This document shows positions 17,793 to 28,838 of a stretch of 64,000 bases of DNA, one piece after another. This stretch comes from an uncultured archaeon (GTDB lineage: Archaea > Asgardarchaeota > Hermodarchaeia > Hermodarchaeales > Hermodarchaeaceae): contig CAYFXC010000005.1 in NCBI GenBank assembly GCA_964347045.1, positions 27,227 to 91,226 on the forward strand, in the 5' to 3' direction. Both the position numbers and the translations under genes were made by a program. The notes below the pieces were generated by a model that saw only the letters and a program-made list of their open reading frames with translations, made no database searches and was not told the origin of the DNA. Within the stretch, counting starts at the first letter, position 1. Each line of letters starts with the position of its first letter.

Positions 17793-17899
17793 GAATAACA
17801 ACTCGGGCATTACTAGCCTGGTATGGCAAGTATCGCACAGATAATTATAACAATCTAGACGCCATAAGAAATCCCACGCCCACAACTTCTTCGAATGAG

Positions 17900-19108
17900 G
17901 TGAAGCAAATGGAAATTCGAAAAATCACTAAAGAAGACCTTACCCAAGTCGTCAAACTGCATCAATATGCCTATGGCTTTTGGACCGATCAAGAAGTTCG
18001 AGATGAAGATTATAATTACATGATTCCCGAAAACATCATCGGGCTATTTGAAAATGACACTCTCCTATCAGTTCTCACCATTATGCCAACTAAACAATCG
18101 ATCCGCGGAGTTCTCAAAGGGATGGGTGGCATTTCTATGGTGGGCACCTATCCCGAAGCCCGAATGAAAGGTTATGTCCGTTCAATCATGCAGAGGGCCT
18201 TTTTAGAAATGAAAGAAACAGGTCTTTCTGTTAGCATGTTGGAACCATTCCGTGAAACATTCTACTCACGACTGGGCTATGTTCCTGCCTATGAAAAATA
18301 CCAGCTAAAAGCACCTCTCGATGGCTTGCGGGTTTCTCCTGATAAGGCAATTGGCGACGAATGGATTTTTGAACGCGTACCAGGACACAAGGCGAAAGAT
18401 GCCTATATGACCTTCATCCAAGACTTCGCCCCAACCACCTTCCACGGCTATGCCTTCAATCCGCTCATTCGCGATGAAGAATGGACCCACCGGAATAAAA
18501 ACCGACACTTCATCTTTGTTAAGAAAGCCGGCAAAGTTGAAGCTCTCGCTCGTTATCAACTCAAAGGCTATATGCACTTTGATGAAACAGGGCAACTTAT
18601 TGTTGAGGAAATGTATTGGCGTTCCCTGTCAGCTCAAGCAGCACTTTTCAACTTCTTTGGCAAACACAGAGATCAAATCCAAACGCTCCGAATGCTAATA
18701 CCTTTCGGAACCAATTTTCAACACTGGTTTGAAGACCTCAGAGATTGGGTTGAAATCAAAGTATGGCACCCATGGATGGTTCGCATTATTGACGCAAAAA
18801 ACACCCTAACAGGTCTTCCAACACCTACCAATGGTGAAATAACCATCACTGTTAGCGACCCCCAGTGTGGATGGAATAACAATACCTATCTTCTCCAAGC
18901 CGGAAATGGTCACCTCGAAGCAAGTGTAACAAAACGGACTGGCAAACTTGAAACAAACATTCACGGTTTAACTGCCCTCGTCTATGGTACTCATCCCCTA
19001 GAAGTCCTCGAATACGCTAACTGGATCAAAGGGCTCAACGAACAGACACGCAACCTACTTAAAAGTTGGTTTCCGCCCCTACCACTCTATAATCCCTACA
19101 CCTACTAG
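17900..19108 (+). CDS. Eis-like GNAT acetyltransferase (paralog of 9088..10296)
   Basis: GISMVGTYPEARMKGY, FYSRLGY, DPQCGWNN, WFPPLPLYN. Confidence 0.88.
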   Translation: MKQMEIRKITKEDLTQVVKLHQYAYGFWTDQEVRDEDYNYMIPENIIGLFENDTLLSVLTIMPTKQSIRGVLKGMGGISMVGTYPEARMKGYVRSIMQRAFLEMKETGLSVSMLEPFRETFYSRLGYVPAYEKYQLKAPLDGLRVSPDKAIGDEWIFERVPGHKAKDAYMTFIQDFAPTTFHGYAFNPLIRDEEWTHRNKNRHFIFVKKAGKVEALARYQLKGYMHFDETGQLIVEEMYWRSLSAQAALFNFFGKHRDQIQTLRMLIPFGTNFQHWFEDLRDWVEIKVWHPWMVRIIDAKNTLTGLPTPTNGEITITVSDPQCGWNNNTYLLQAGNGHLEASVTKRTGKLETNIHGLTALVYGTHPLEVLEYANWIKGLNEQTRNLLKSWFPPLPLYNPYTY

Positions 19109-19227
19109 TAGATTGAATTTAAAGGAGAAATACAGAGCCAAGCTTCTCAATCTACTTTATTATCTTCTACCCCGTAACAGTGATAAAGCTCAAATTGTAG
19201 CTGTTGCTCGGGAGGCGCAACAACTCC

Positions 19228-21237
19228 GTGGCCACATCGCGAAAATTCAAACTCAACCCAGACTATACCCCACGCGGTGATCAACCCAAAGCCATCCAGA
19301 GACTAATTGATGGCTTTGAACGAGGAAAAAATCAACAGACACTATTAGGTGTAACGGGCTCAGGAAAAACTTTCACGGTAGCCTCGGTTGTTGAAGCTCT
19401 CCAAAAACCAACGCTGGTTATTGCCCCAAATAAGACACTAGCGGCACAATTAACGAGTATGTTCCGTGAATACTTCCCCGAGAACGCAGTAGAATATTAC
19501 ACATCCTATTATGATTATTTCCAACCCGAAGCCTACATGCCAACATCAGATGTGTATATCGAAAAGGATGCATCCATTAACGAAGAAGTTGAACGCATGC
19601 GATTGTCCGCAGTCGCTTCTCTCGCTGTTCGAAATGATGTCCTCATCGTTGCCACTGTCTCATGCATCTATGGAATCGGAGCACCTGGGTCATACCGAAA
19701 CTTAGTAGTAGAGCTAGAACAGGGACAAGACATCCCACGAGACGAGCTTTTCGCTCGCCTTGTTCATATTAACTATACTCGCAATGATTTCGATTTTCAT
19801 CGAGGAACATTTCGGGTTCGCGGTGAAGTAATCGAAGTCTTTCCGGCGTATGCGAATCATCCAATTCGACTAGAAACCTTCGGGGATACAATTGAACGTA
19901 TCACAGACATCGCACCTGTGAAAGGCACAGTACTCTATGAACGAGAAAAAGCCAAAATCTTCCCCGCCAAACAATTCACCACAGATCAAAAGATATTACC
20001 AGAAATTTTAGAACAAATAGAAAACGAACTAGATGCCCGCTTAAAGGAATTAGAAGAGCAAGAAAAAATACTGGAAGCAGACCGACTACGTCGGCGAGTG
20101 AAATATGATATCGAAATGATGCGCTCCGTTGGCTGGACCGGAGGCATCGAAAACTACTCTAGATATTTTGATGGACGCAAGGAGGGTCAGAAACCTTTCT
20201 GTCTATTAGATCACTATCCTGAAGCTTTTCTCCTTGTAATTGATGAATCTCACATCACCGTTCCACAGATCGGTGGCATGTACTATGGTGATTTATCCCG
20301 AAAACGCAACCTTGTGGATTATGGGTTCCGGTTACCCTCAGCATTTGATAATCGTCCTTTAACCTTTGAAGAATTTGAACCCTATATGCGAACCGTACTC
20401 TATACTTCCGCAACACCCGCTGGTTATGAAAGAAAGCATTCGAATGAGATCGTTGAACAAATCGTTCGGCCCACAGGTCTAGTTGACCCGAAAATCATTG
20501 TACGTCCTACGGAAGGGCAAGTGGAAGACTTATTGGGAGAAATCCGTGACCGCGCGAAAAAGGATGAGCGTGTTCTGGTAACCACATTAACGAAACGCAT
20601 GGCTGAAGACTTGGCTGATTATATGGTGCACGCGGGTGTCAAGGCGGAATATCTACACTCAGAAGTGGGAACTCTCGAGCGAATTGAAGTACTACGAAAT
20701 CTTCGGCGCGGGAAACATGAGGTTGTAGTGGGAATTAATCTTCTACGTGAAGGACTCGATCTTCCTGAAGTCTCGCTTGTAGCTATTCTAGATGCAGATA
20801 AGGAGGGGTTCCTACGTTCTGAAACAAGTTTGATTCAGATTATGGGGCGAGCTAGCCGCAATGTTAGCGGGACAGTTATTTTGTACGCAGATCGAATGAC
20901 TGAATCAATGAAACGAGCAATTGGTGAGAATAATCGACGCCGAGATATGCAAATTGCCTATAACAAGGAGCATGGCATCACAGCAACAACCATTGTTAAA
21001 TCCATTTCCGATATTGCAGAAGGTGTTGAGCGGCTTACTGCAGATTCACGTACACAAGTGAAGGTACCAAAGAATTGGCGTAGTGCTAATGAAAGTGATT
21101 TGGCCCTATTAATCGTTGAATTAAGAGAGGAGATGCTACAGGCAGCAGAAGACCTAGAATTTGAACGCGCAGCTGAGGTTCGGGATTTAATTAACGAGAT
21201 TGAAGCCTATTTGGGACTTCAGACAAAGGTTTCATAG
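19228..21237 (+). CDS. uvrB: Excinuclease ABC subunit B
   Basis: GDQPKAI, GVTGSGKT, YYDYFQPEAY, DESH, INLLREGLD, C-terminal UVR domain; GTG start after GGAGG. Confidence 0.97.
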   Translation: MATSRKFKLNPDYTPRGDQPKAIQRLIDGFERGKNQQTLLGVTGSGKTFTVASVVEALQKPTLVIAPNKTLAAQLTSMFREYFPENAVEYYTSYYDYFQPEAYMPTSDVYIEKDASINEEVERMRLSAVASLAVRNDVLIVATVSCIYGIGAPGSYRNLVVELEQGQDIPRDELFARLVHINYTRNDFDFHRGTFRVRGEVIEVFPAYANHPIRLETFGDTIERITDIAPVKGTVLYEREKAKIFPAKQFTTDQKILPEILEQIENELDARLKELEEQEKILEADRLRRRVKYDIEMMRSVGWTGGIENYSRYFDGRKEGQKPFCLLDHYPEAFLLVIDESHITVPQIGGMYYGDLSRKRNLVDYGFRLPSAFDNRPLTFEEFEPYMRTVLYTSATPAGYERKHSNEIVEQIVRPTGLVDPKIIVRPTEGQVEDLLGEIRDRAKKDERVLVTTLTKRMAEDLADYMVHAGVKAEYLHSEVGTLERIEVLRNLRRGKHEVVVGINLLREGLDLPEVSLVAILDADKEGFLRSETSLIQIMGRASRNVSGTVILYADRMTESMKRAIGENNRRRDMQIAYNKEHGITATTIVKSISDIAEGVERLTADSRTQVKVPKNWRSANESDLALLIVELREEMLQAAEDLEFERAAEVRDLINEIEAYLGLQTKVS

Positions 21238-21426
21238 GCTGAATTACTTACACTCTGGTCTCCCTTCCTCTTATATGTTTAAACAAACCTCTGGAGTGAG
21301 AAAGCTGATAAAACAGGTCAGCTAACCTGGCACGCTGACGCACTATATGGTTGGGCTGGGTGTAGAACCGTAACTCTTATGGCAGCTGGTGCAATCGGTG
21401 CCGCGGACAAAATAGGTGACACATGG

Positions 21427-24357
21427 GTGAGCGACAATAAGTACATTACAGTCAAAGGCGCCCGCGTACACAACCTAAAAAACATCACTGTGCAGATTCC
21501 GCGGGACAAATACGTAGTTATCACTGGACTCTCTGGTTCCGGCAAGTCCTCATTAGCGTTTGACACTCTCTTCGCTGAAGGACAACGACGATACGTTGAA
21601 TCTCTATCTGCATATGCTCGACAGTTCTTAGGTCGGATGGACAAACCCGATGTCGATTCAATTGAAGGACTAAGTCCAGCAATATCAATTGACCAACGGT
21701 CTGCAGGTGGTAATCCCCGTTCCACAGTAGGTACAACCACTGAAATTTATGATTATATGCGGCTGCTTTGGGCCCGAATCGGAATTCCTCATTGCCATCA
21801 ATGTGAGCGGCGCATTGCTCCCCAATCAGCTCAACAGATTGTCCGACAAATCTTGGAATTTGAGGAAGGCAAACGAGTCCGAATCCTTTCACCAATTATT
21901 CGAGGACGAAAAGGCACGTATAAAGCACTCTTTAATAAGCTACAAAGCGAAGGCTTCATCCGCGTTCGGGTTGATGGAGAAGATCATCGATTAGATACAG
22001 CTGACATCGAACTAGACCGCTATAAAATACACAATATCGAAATCATCGTTGACCGATTGGTGCTCAAACCATCCGTTGAACCACGCTTGACTCAGTCTGT
22101 GGAAACTGCCCTTGAATTTGGCGAGGGCCTTGTTATAGTTGATGTTCAAGGTGAACAAGAATACTTATTCAGTGAATCCGCCGGTTGCCCCGTGTGTAGC
22201 ATTAGCTTTCCTGATCTAGCTCCACGGCTCTTTAGCTTCAATTCACCTTATGGTGCTTGTTCAGAATGTAAAGGATTAGGTTACACCCTTGAGGTTGATC
22301 CAGACCTCGTAGTGCCCGATCCAACCAAGTCGATCCGCGAAGGCGCAATCACTCCCTATCATGTGCCACTAAATGGATGGCGTTTACGAAGCCTTACTAG
22401 CATAGCCAACCATTACAGGTTCAGCCTCGATACTCCCTTCAAGGATTTAGATCCCGAAATTCAGCGAATCCTCCTTTATGGTTCCGGTGAAGAAGAAATA
22501 CGATTTGAACATCATGGTGTCACTCAGTCCGGACGCAAATGGGAATGGATTAGCGAAAAACCTACCATGGGCGTCATTCCCGGCCTAAAACACCGATACA
22601 AGAATACAAGTTCTGAAATTGTTCGGGATTCCATTACACGCTTTATGGCCCAGTTACCTTGTCCAGTTTGCCAAGGTCGCAAGTTACGCCCCGAAGCCCT
22701 CGCAGTCACAATAAATAACAAAAGTATTGATCATGTGACAAATCTTGCCATTGATGAAACCTTGAGCTTCTTTGATACACTTAAGCTCACGAAAAAGGAA
22801 GCCACAATTGCCCGTCAGACACTTCGGGAAATCAAACAACGTCTTCAATTTCTCTCTTCGGTCGGGCTGGATTATCTCACTCTAGACCGACAATCTGCAA
22901 CGCTGGCAGGGGGTGAAGCCCAACGCGTCCGACTCGCAACTCAAATTGGCTCCCGCCTAGTGGGGGTGACCTATATTCTCGACGAACCCAGCATTGGTCT
23001 CCACATGCGTGACAACCAACGCCTCCTATCAATGCTCCTCCAATTACGTGATCTTGGTAACACCGTACTGGTTGTAGAGCATGACGAGGGCTTCATCCGT
23101 GCCGCAGACTGGGTAATCGATCTTGGACCTAGCGCAGGTATTCATGGAGGACAGGTTGTAGCTGAAGGCACCGTCGCAGATATTGAAGCGCATCCGAAAT
23201 CAATAACTGGGCAATATCTCCGCGGGGACAAGGTCATCTCTGTACCTCCCACCCGTCGCATTGGGAATGGAGCAAGTATTCAGATCAAAGGGGCTCACCA
23301 TCGGAACCTCAAAAATATCGATGTGATATTTCCACTCGGCACCTTCATCTGCATCACTGGCGTCTCTGGATCCGGAAAAAGCACCCTCATCACAGATACC
23401 CTGTATCCAGGCATAATCTGGCAATTTCGCCAACGCCGCCGACGTCAATCTGACGCGATATTAGCTAGCTCGATCCAAAAGCCAGGACCCTATAAGGCTA
23501 TCCAGGGAGTTGACCTGATTGATAAAGTCATCTTAGTCGACCAATCACCCATCGGACGTACACCACGTTCCAATCCTGCAACGTATACTCAGGTTTTCGG
23601 ACCGATTCGTGAATTATTCTCAAAAACCGTAGAAGCTCGAAAACGCGGGTATCAACCAGGTCGCTTCAGTTTCAATGTCAAAGGTGGTCGATGTGAAACC
23701 TGTAGTGGAGCCGGGGTACTTCGAATTGAAATGCAGTTTCTACCTGATGTATACGTTGTGTGCGATGAGTGCCATGGTAAACGGTTCAATAAAGAAACCC
23801 TACAAGTTCGATACAAGGGTAAGACCATCTATGAAGTGCTTCGAATGACAGTAGACGAAGCTGCGGAGTTCTATAAGAACATTCCAAAGGTTATACGGAT
23901 CCTCGAAACACTTCAAAGAGTAGGACTAGGATACATGGAGTTGGGTCAACCCTCGCCTACGCTGAGTGGTGGTGAAGCCCAACGCATCAAGTTGAGTCGC
24001 GAACTAGGTAAGCGTAGCACTACCCAAACCCTCTACATCTTAGACGAACCGACTACAGGACTCCATCTTGCGGATGTCCAGAAACTGCTCGATGTATTGA
24101 ACCATCTTGTTGATGCGGGAAACACTGTCATTGTTATTGAACATCAACCCGATGTGATTAAGGGTGCAGATTATATTATCGATTTGGGGCCAGAAGGTGG
24201 TGACAAGGGTGGGTTTATTACGGCACAGGGAACGCCTGAACAAGTGGCACGGAATCGTACATCACACACCGGTTCAGTGCTTCGTAAGGCGCTTGCGATA
24301 AAAACTGAACGCGATTCGCAAGAATCCAGTGGACGTATGGAAATCCTTTCCCGGTAA
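21427..24357 (+). CDS. uvrA: Excinuclease ABC subunit A
   Basis: GARVHNLKN, two ABC domains (GLSGSGKSS; GVSGSGKS), Zn fingers, LSGGEAQR; GTG start after AGGTGA. Confidence 0.97.
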   Translation: MSDNKYITVKGARVHNLKNITVQIPRDKYVVITGLSGSGKSSLAFDTLFAEGQRRYVESLSAYARQFLGRMDKPDVDSIEGLSPAISIDQRSAGGNPRSTVGTTTEIYDYMRLLWARIGIPHCHQCERRIAPQSAQQIVRQILEFEEGKRVRILSPIIRGRKGTYKALFNKLQSEGFIRVRVDGEDHRLDTADIELDRYKIHNIEIIVDRLVLKPSVEPRLTQSVETALEFGEGLVIVDVQGEQEYLFSESAGCPVCSISFPDLAPRLFSFNSPYGACSECKGLGYTLEVDPDLVVPDPTKSIREGAITPYHVPLNGWRLRSLTSIANHYRFSLDTPFKDLDPEIQRILLYGSGEEEIRFEHHGVTQSGRKWEWISEKPTMGVIPGLKHRYKNTSSEIVRDSITRFMAQLPCPVCQGRKLRPEALAVTINNKSIDHVTNLAIDETLSFFDTLKLTKKEATIARQTLREIKQRLQFLSSVGLDYLTLDRQSATLAGGEAQRVRLATQIGSRLVGVTYILDEPSIGLHMRDNQRLLSMLLQLRDLGNTVLVVEHDEGFIRAADWVIDLGPSAGIHGGQVVAEGTVADIEAHPKSITGQYLRGDKVISVPPTRRIGNGASIQIKGAHHRNLKNIDVIFPLGTFICITGVSGSGKSTLITDTLYPGIIWQFRQRRRRQSDAILASSIQKPGPYKAIQGVDLIDKVILVDQSPIGRTPRSNPATYTQVFGPIRELFSKTVEARKRGYQPGRFSFNVKGGRCETCSGAGVLRIEMQFLPDVYVVCDECHGKRFNKETLQVRYKGKTIYEVLRMTVDEAAEFYKNIPKVIRILETLQRVGLGYMELGQPSPTLSGGEAQRIKLSRELGKRSTTQTLYILDEPTTGLHLADVQKLLDVLNHLVDAGNTVIVIEHQPDVIKGADYIIDLGPEGGDKGGFITAQGTPEQVARNRTSHTGSVLRKALAIKTERDSQESSGRMEILSR

Positions 24358-24395
24358 AAGCGAACCTTTCTTCAATCCCAATGGTGTTTTATTAG

Positions 24396-26234
24396 GTGAT
24401 TAGGGCGATGAATCTTGAACAGGAATTGAAGGATTTGCCCGACGCACCCGGCGTCTATATTCTTTACGACGCCAATGATATGGTCGTCTACGTTGGGAAA
24501 GCCCGATCTCTAAAAAAACGGGTTCCCGCCCATTTTCGGGGCATTGGGGGTGGCAATGTTTTCTCACCCATTGGTCAAGAGGTTACCGAACTTGAGTATA
24601 TGGTCACGGCTAACGAATCCGAAGCCCTAGTTCTCGAAGATAATATGATCAAACGCCATAAACCCCGTTATAATATTCGCTTGAAAGATGACAAGAGTTT
24701 CCCTTATGTTCGTATCACCCTTCAAGATGATTTTCCACGAGTTGAAAAAACCCGAAGCTTGGTCCATGATGGCAGCCGCTATATTGGTCCTTATTCCAAC
24801 GTGAAAGCGTTGGATGGACTCCTTAAATCGATTAATCGCATCGTTCCGCTTGCCACGTGTAAACCCACCATTGTTCCAGGCAAACGAAAACGTGCATGTC
24901 TTAAGCATGACATCGGATACTGTCCTGCACCCTGCATCAATAAGATAAGCAAAGAAGATTATGCTGAGCTCGTTCAAGAATATGTACTTATGCTTACTGG
25001 GCAACACGATCAACTCGAAACCCATCTTCAACGGCTCATGACTAAAACCTCAGAAGCACAAGAATTCGAAAAAGCGGCTCGATACCGTGATCGATTACAT
25101 GCAGTACAACGTGGACGGCAAGCTCAGCGCGCGACCTATTGGAATCAACTGCCAGGTCACCGTGATGTTTTGGGGCTAGCCCGTGCGGGTCCTGATGCAT
25201 TGGTCCAATTACTTGTCGTTCGAGAAGGGCGGGTCGTTGGACAGCAACCCTTCCCTCTAAGTGCACCCTCCGAGCTTCCAGACGAAACGGTATTAGAAGC
25301 CTTTCTCAAACAGTACTATCTTCGGGCTACTGAGATTCCTGAAGAAGTCATTGTTTCGGTACCAGTTTCCGATAGTCAATTTCTTGAAGAATGGCTAACA
25401 CAACGCCGCGGCAATGAACATCATGTCAAAATTCACCATCCTACCAAAGACCCCTTCTTTAGTCTAATCCAAATGGCTAATGAAAACGCCCAATTCCATC
25501 TCCATCAACTCATCGAACGCATGGCAAGAGATGAAGGTCGCAAACAACAAGCTTATAATGACCTTATAGAAGCCCTCCAACTTTCTGGAGAACCTACTCA
25601 TATTGAAGGCTTTGACATTTCCACCCTTCAAGGTACCGAATCCGTTGGTGTATGTGTTGTATTCAAAGAAGGAATTCCATTCAAGAAAGGATATCGACGA
25701 TTCAAAATCCGTGATGTGGAGGGTCAAGATGACTTTGCGATGATGTACGAAGTAGTTCAACGAAGATACAGCCGATTAATAGCTGAGAAGAGTCACCTAC
25801 CCAATCTCATTGTCATCGACGGTGGGCGGGGACAACTGAGTATGGCTCTCAAAGCCTTAGAATCAGTTGGAGCTACGGATATTCCTATGATTGGATTAGC
25901 GAAAGCAGAACGACCCGATCCTGATCTCGTCTATCTCCCAAGTCAGAAAAACCCGATAAACTTGCCTGCTGATAGTCAGGGGCTGCGACTATTACAGCGC
26001 GTACGAGATGAAGCTCATCGTTTTGCAATTGCTTATCATCGAAAGATTCGCCAGATAAAAGGTTTGAAATTAACATTGACGGATATTCCCGGTGTTGGAG
26101 TGAAACGTGCTACTCTCCTTCTACAGCATTTTGGCAATAGAGAGAACTTGTCAAAAGCATCAGTCGAGGAAATTGCTGCAGTGCCTGGTATTACAAAAAG
26201 TCTCGCTAAAGAGATTTTAGAGCATTTCACATGA
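24396..26234 (+). CDS. uvrC: Excinuclease ABC subunit C
   Basis: GIY-YIG (GVY...YVGKA), FDIS, IDGGRGQL, RDEAHRFA, C-terminal HhH. Confidence 0.96.
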   Translation: MIRAMNLEQELKDLPDAPGVYILYDANDMVVYVGKARSLKKRVPAHFRGIGGGNVFSPIGQEVTELEYMVTANESEALVLEDNMIKRHKPRYNIRLKDDKSFPYVRITLQDDFPRVEKTRSLVHDGSRYIGPYSNVKALDGLLKSINRIVPLATCKPTIVPGKRKRACLKHDIGYCPAPCINKISKEDYAELVQEYVLMLTGQHDQLETHLQRLMTKTSEAQEFEKAARYRDRLHAVQRGRQAQRATYWNQLPGHRDVLGLARAGPDALVQLLVVREGRVVGQQPFPLSAPSELPDETVLEAFLKQYYLRATEIPEEVIVSVPVSDSQFLEEWLTQRRGNEHHVKIHHPTKDPFFSLIQMANENAQFHLHQLIERMARDEGRKQQAYNDLIEALQLSGEPTHIEGFDISTLQGTESVGVCVVFKEGIPFKKGYRRFKIRDVEGQDDFAMMYEVVQRRYSRLIAEKSHLPNLIVIDGGRGQLSMALKALESVGATDIPMIGLAKAERPDPDLVYLPSQKNPINLPADSQGLRLLQRVRDEAHRFAIAYHRKIRQIKGLKLTLTDIPGVGVKRATLLLQHFGNRENLSKASVEEIAAVPGITKSLAKEILEHFT

Positions 26235-26278
26235 TTTTACCATTTAAACTGAACAACGTTGATAATCTAACACAGATT

Positions 26279-26992
26279 TTAGAAGATGTAGATTGTTACA
26301 CTAAGGGAAAGTAGGAATAAGGCAAGATTGTATGTGGGAAAGATGAAGAGTTCAGCTTTGTTAAAATGATGGTGGAATTCCTTGATGAAAAGAGCTAGGT
26401 CTGAGATGACAAAGAAAAACGCACCAAGTACCGGTATGAATCCGAGCAGAACTCCTGATGTAAGCCATAGCATTAAGGCGCTACAAAATGTGAGGGAAAC
26501 GGTAACCGAATAGACAAAGATCGGGATCTTCATTTTCCCAAAACCATTTTCTCCGGATTCAATATATTGGGTATTAAAGATGATTATCAACAACCATCCT
26601 ATAAACCCTGCAACAAATGCCGCGACTGGGAGAAAAGAAATACCGAGGAGCACACTTTGCCAGATGAAGATCCCAATGAAGAGGATTTGAGCGACTAAGA
26701 AGAGAACACCACCGACTAATAATTTGATTTCCATACCGATATCACCAAATAAGCAGAAAATGAATGCAGCGGCTAAGAGAATGTAAAACAAACTAGTCGT
26801 TAATCGAAAAACAATAACGACGATAGCAGCACTAAGAGCAGGTAGGAATTTGATTACTATGAATAGGTGTGTTGGTAATTTGGATAATCGTTCTTTTTGA
26901 AAGGTTATTTCATTTTCACGAACTGATTTAATGAGTGTTGACACAAATGCAATAATCCAAAAGATTATCGCATACGGGATCAGGTACAACAT
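26279..26992 (-). CDS. YhhN/lysoplasmalogenase family membrane protein
   Basis: IKFLP, CLFGDI, FLVAQ, FVISD and PTYNLA motifs; about 8 TM. Confidence 0.8.
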   Translation of the reverse strand: MLYLIPYAIIFWIIAFVSTLIKSVRENEITFQKERLSKLPTHLFIVIKFLPALSAAIVVIVFRLTTSLFYILLAAAFIFCLFGDIGMEIKLLVGGVLFLVAQILFIGIFIWQSVLLGISFLPVAAFVAGFIGWLLIIIFNTQYIESGENGFGKMKIPIFVYSVTVSLTFCSALMLWLTSGVLLGFIPVLGAFFFVISDLALFIKEFHHHFNKAELFIFPTYNLALFLLSLSVTIYIF

Positions 26993-27041
26993 GTCGTAAA
27001 GTTAAGGAGAATATTGCTTAAGAGTGTTTGATTTTAGCTGA

Positions 27042-27563
27042 TTATCGGGCTTTTATTTTATTTTTAAGGAGTGGTATGGCTCCTCCTGCCTTAAGGTATT
27101 CAAGAAGAAAAGGAGGGATTTTTGCAAATTGATAGGTCCGTTTTGTTCGTTGGTTTGTCAGGGTGCCGCTTGAGAGCATAATTTCGATAATGTCGCCCTC
27201 ACGGATTATTTCTGGGTTCTTTGCGAGGTCAGGAAATTCAATTGCAGGAATGCCTAAGTTGAACGCGTTCCGATAAAAAATCCTAGCAAAGGAAGTAGCC
27301 ACAATTGCACCTAGACCGAGTTGACGTAGGATGGCTGGAGCTGATTCACGGCTCGAACCAATTCCAAAATGGTCATCAGCGACGATGATATCGCCAGATT
27401 TGACATTCTTAGCAAAATCGGGACGAAGATGCTCAAAAACGTAGGGCGTGATCTGGGCAATGGAGATTTTGGTCAGATGGGTGCCGGAAATAATATCATC
27501 TGTACTGATGTTGCTAGCAAACCGCCACACTTTGCCGACAATTGGTGTTTCCGACATAAGCAT
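27042..27563 (-). CDS. leuD: 3-isopropylmalate/homoaconitate dehydratase small subunit
   Basis: NISTDDII, FGIGSSRESA, SFARIFYRNAFNLG; substrate (Leu vs Lys pathway) not resolvable by eye. Confidence 0.85.
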   Translation of the reverse strand: MLMSETPIVGKVWRFASNISTDDIISGTHLTKISIAQITPYVFEHLRPDFAKNVKSGDIIVADDHFGIGSSRESAPAILRQLGLGAIVATSFARIFYRNAFNLGIPAIEFPDLAKNPEIIREGDIIEIMLSSGTLTNQRTKRTYQFAKIPPFLLEYLKAGGAIPLLKNKIKAR

Positions 27564-27568
27564 CTTCT

Positions 27569-28831
27569 CTATTTTTCTAAATGCGGATCAGTAATTTTTC
27601 CTGATATGGCGCTCGCTGCAACAGTGGCAGGTGACGCTAAATAGATTTGAGCATCAGCACTTCCCATGCGACCAGGAAAATTCCGGTTTGATGTACTTAT
27701 GCACACCTCACCGGGAGCTAGTAATCCGCAATGTCCCCCAAAACACGCTCCACAGGTTGCAGGTCCAATTGTTGCGCCTGCTTTTGCAAGCGTACCAATA
27801 ATTCCTGCTTCGAGAGCGCTGTGATAAACTCTCCGACTGGCAGGGTTTACAATTAGTCGCACGCCTTCTGCAACCTGTTTTCCCACGAGTATTTGAGCCG
27901 CTATCTGGAGATCTTCGAATCGTCCATTAGTGCAAGAACCAAGGTAGGCCTGGTCAATGGGTTTTCCTGCTACCTCGGAAACTGGCACAGCTTGAGTAGG
28001 AAGTGAGGGTGTTGCAATCTGTGGGGTAAGATTCGAAATGTCAAAATCAAGGGTTTGGTTATATTTGGCAGATTTATCAGGATAAACGGGCGTGAAATCT
28101 TTCTGAGTCAGGGTTTTAATGTATTTGATAATTCGGTTATCCGGAGGGATTAGGGCTGCCATAGCGCCCGTTTCTACTGCCATGTTTGTGAGGGTCATCC
28201 AGGCATCTAAGCTTAGCTGGGCGAGGGTTTTTCCATGGTATTCGAGTGCTTGAAAGGTTGCGCCTTCCACACCGAGTTGGCCGAGGGTATAGAGAATGAT
28301 ATCTTTTCCCATTACCCTTCGTGGAATGGTACCTGAATAAGTGATCTTTATGGTTTCAGGAACACGGAACCATAACCGCCCCGTCGCTAGTACAATTGCC
28401 ATGTCCGTTGCACCAATTCCCGTTGCAAGCGCCCCAAAGGCTCCTGCTGTCGTTGTATGAGAATCAGTACCCACCACTAATTCTCCAGGTCGAATATGTC
28501 CCTCTTCAACTAGGACCTGGTGGCATATTCCACTCCCAACATCATAGAAATTCTTAATTTGAAATTCTTTGATGAATCGTCGAACCCGTTGGTGAATGGT
28601 TGCTGCTTCAACGGAAGGTGCTGGAGCCCAATGGTCAAGAATGATGACTACTCTGCTGGGATCCCATATTTTCTTGACTTCTGTATTTGTGAGATGCTGG
28701 AGAACGCGGGTTCCCATCATCTCATGTGACATCGCAACATCGATTGAGGCTTCGATAATCTCTCCGGGTTCTATCTTCTTTTTATCTGTATGGCTAAGAA
28801 AAATCTTCTCTGCCATAGTATGACCGGTCAT
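27569..28831 (-). CDS. leuC: 3-isopropylmalate/homoaconitate dehydratase large subunit
   Basis: GICHQ, DSHT, GSCTNGR, CGACFG, STSNRNF. Confidence 0.88.
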   Translation of the reverse strand: MTGHTMAEKIFLSHTDKKKIEPGEIIEASIDVAMSHEMMGTRVLQHLTNTEVKKIWDPSRVVIILDHWAPAPSVEAATIHQRVRRFIKEFQIKNFYDVGSGICHQVLVEEGHIRPGELVVGTDSHTTTAGAFGALATGIGATDMAIVLATGRLWFRVPETIKITYSGTIPRRVMGKDIILYTLGQLGVEGATFQALEYHGKTLAQLSLDAWMTLTNMAVETGAMAALIPPDNRIIKYIKTLTQKDFTPVYPDKSAKYNQTLDFDISNLTPQIATPSLPTQAVPVSEVAGKPIDQAYLGSCTNGRFEDLQIAAQILVGKQVAEGVRLIVNPASRRVYHSALEAGIIGTLAKAGATIGPATCGACFGGHCGLLAPGEVCISTSNRNFPGRMGSADAQIYLASPATVAASAISGKITDPHLEK

Positions 28832-28838
28832 CTGCGTC

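Noticed and set aside
21238-21426. Short hairpins in the uvrB-uvrA spacer (GTCAGC...GCTGAC)
   Set aside because: 6-bp stems arise by chance; no second copy or known motif
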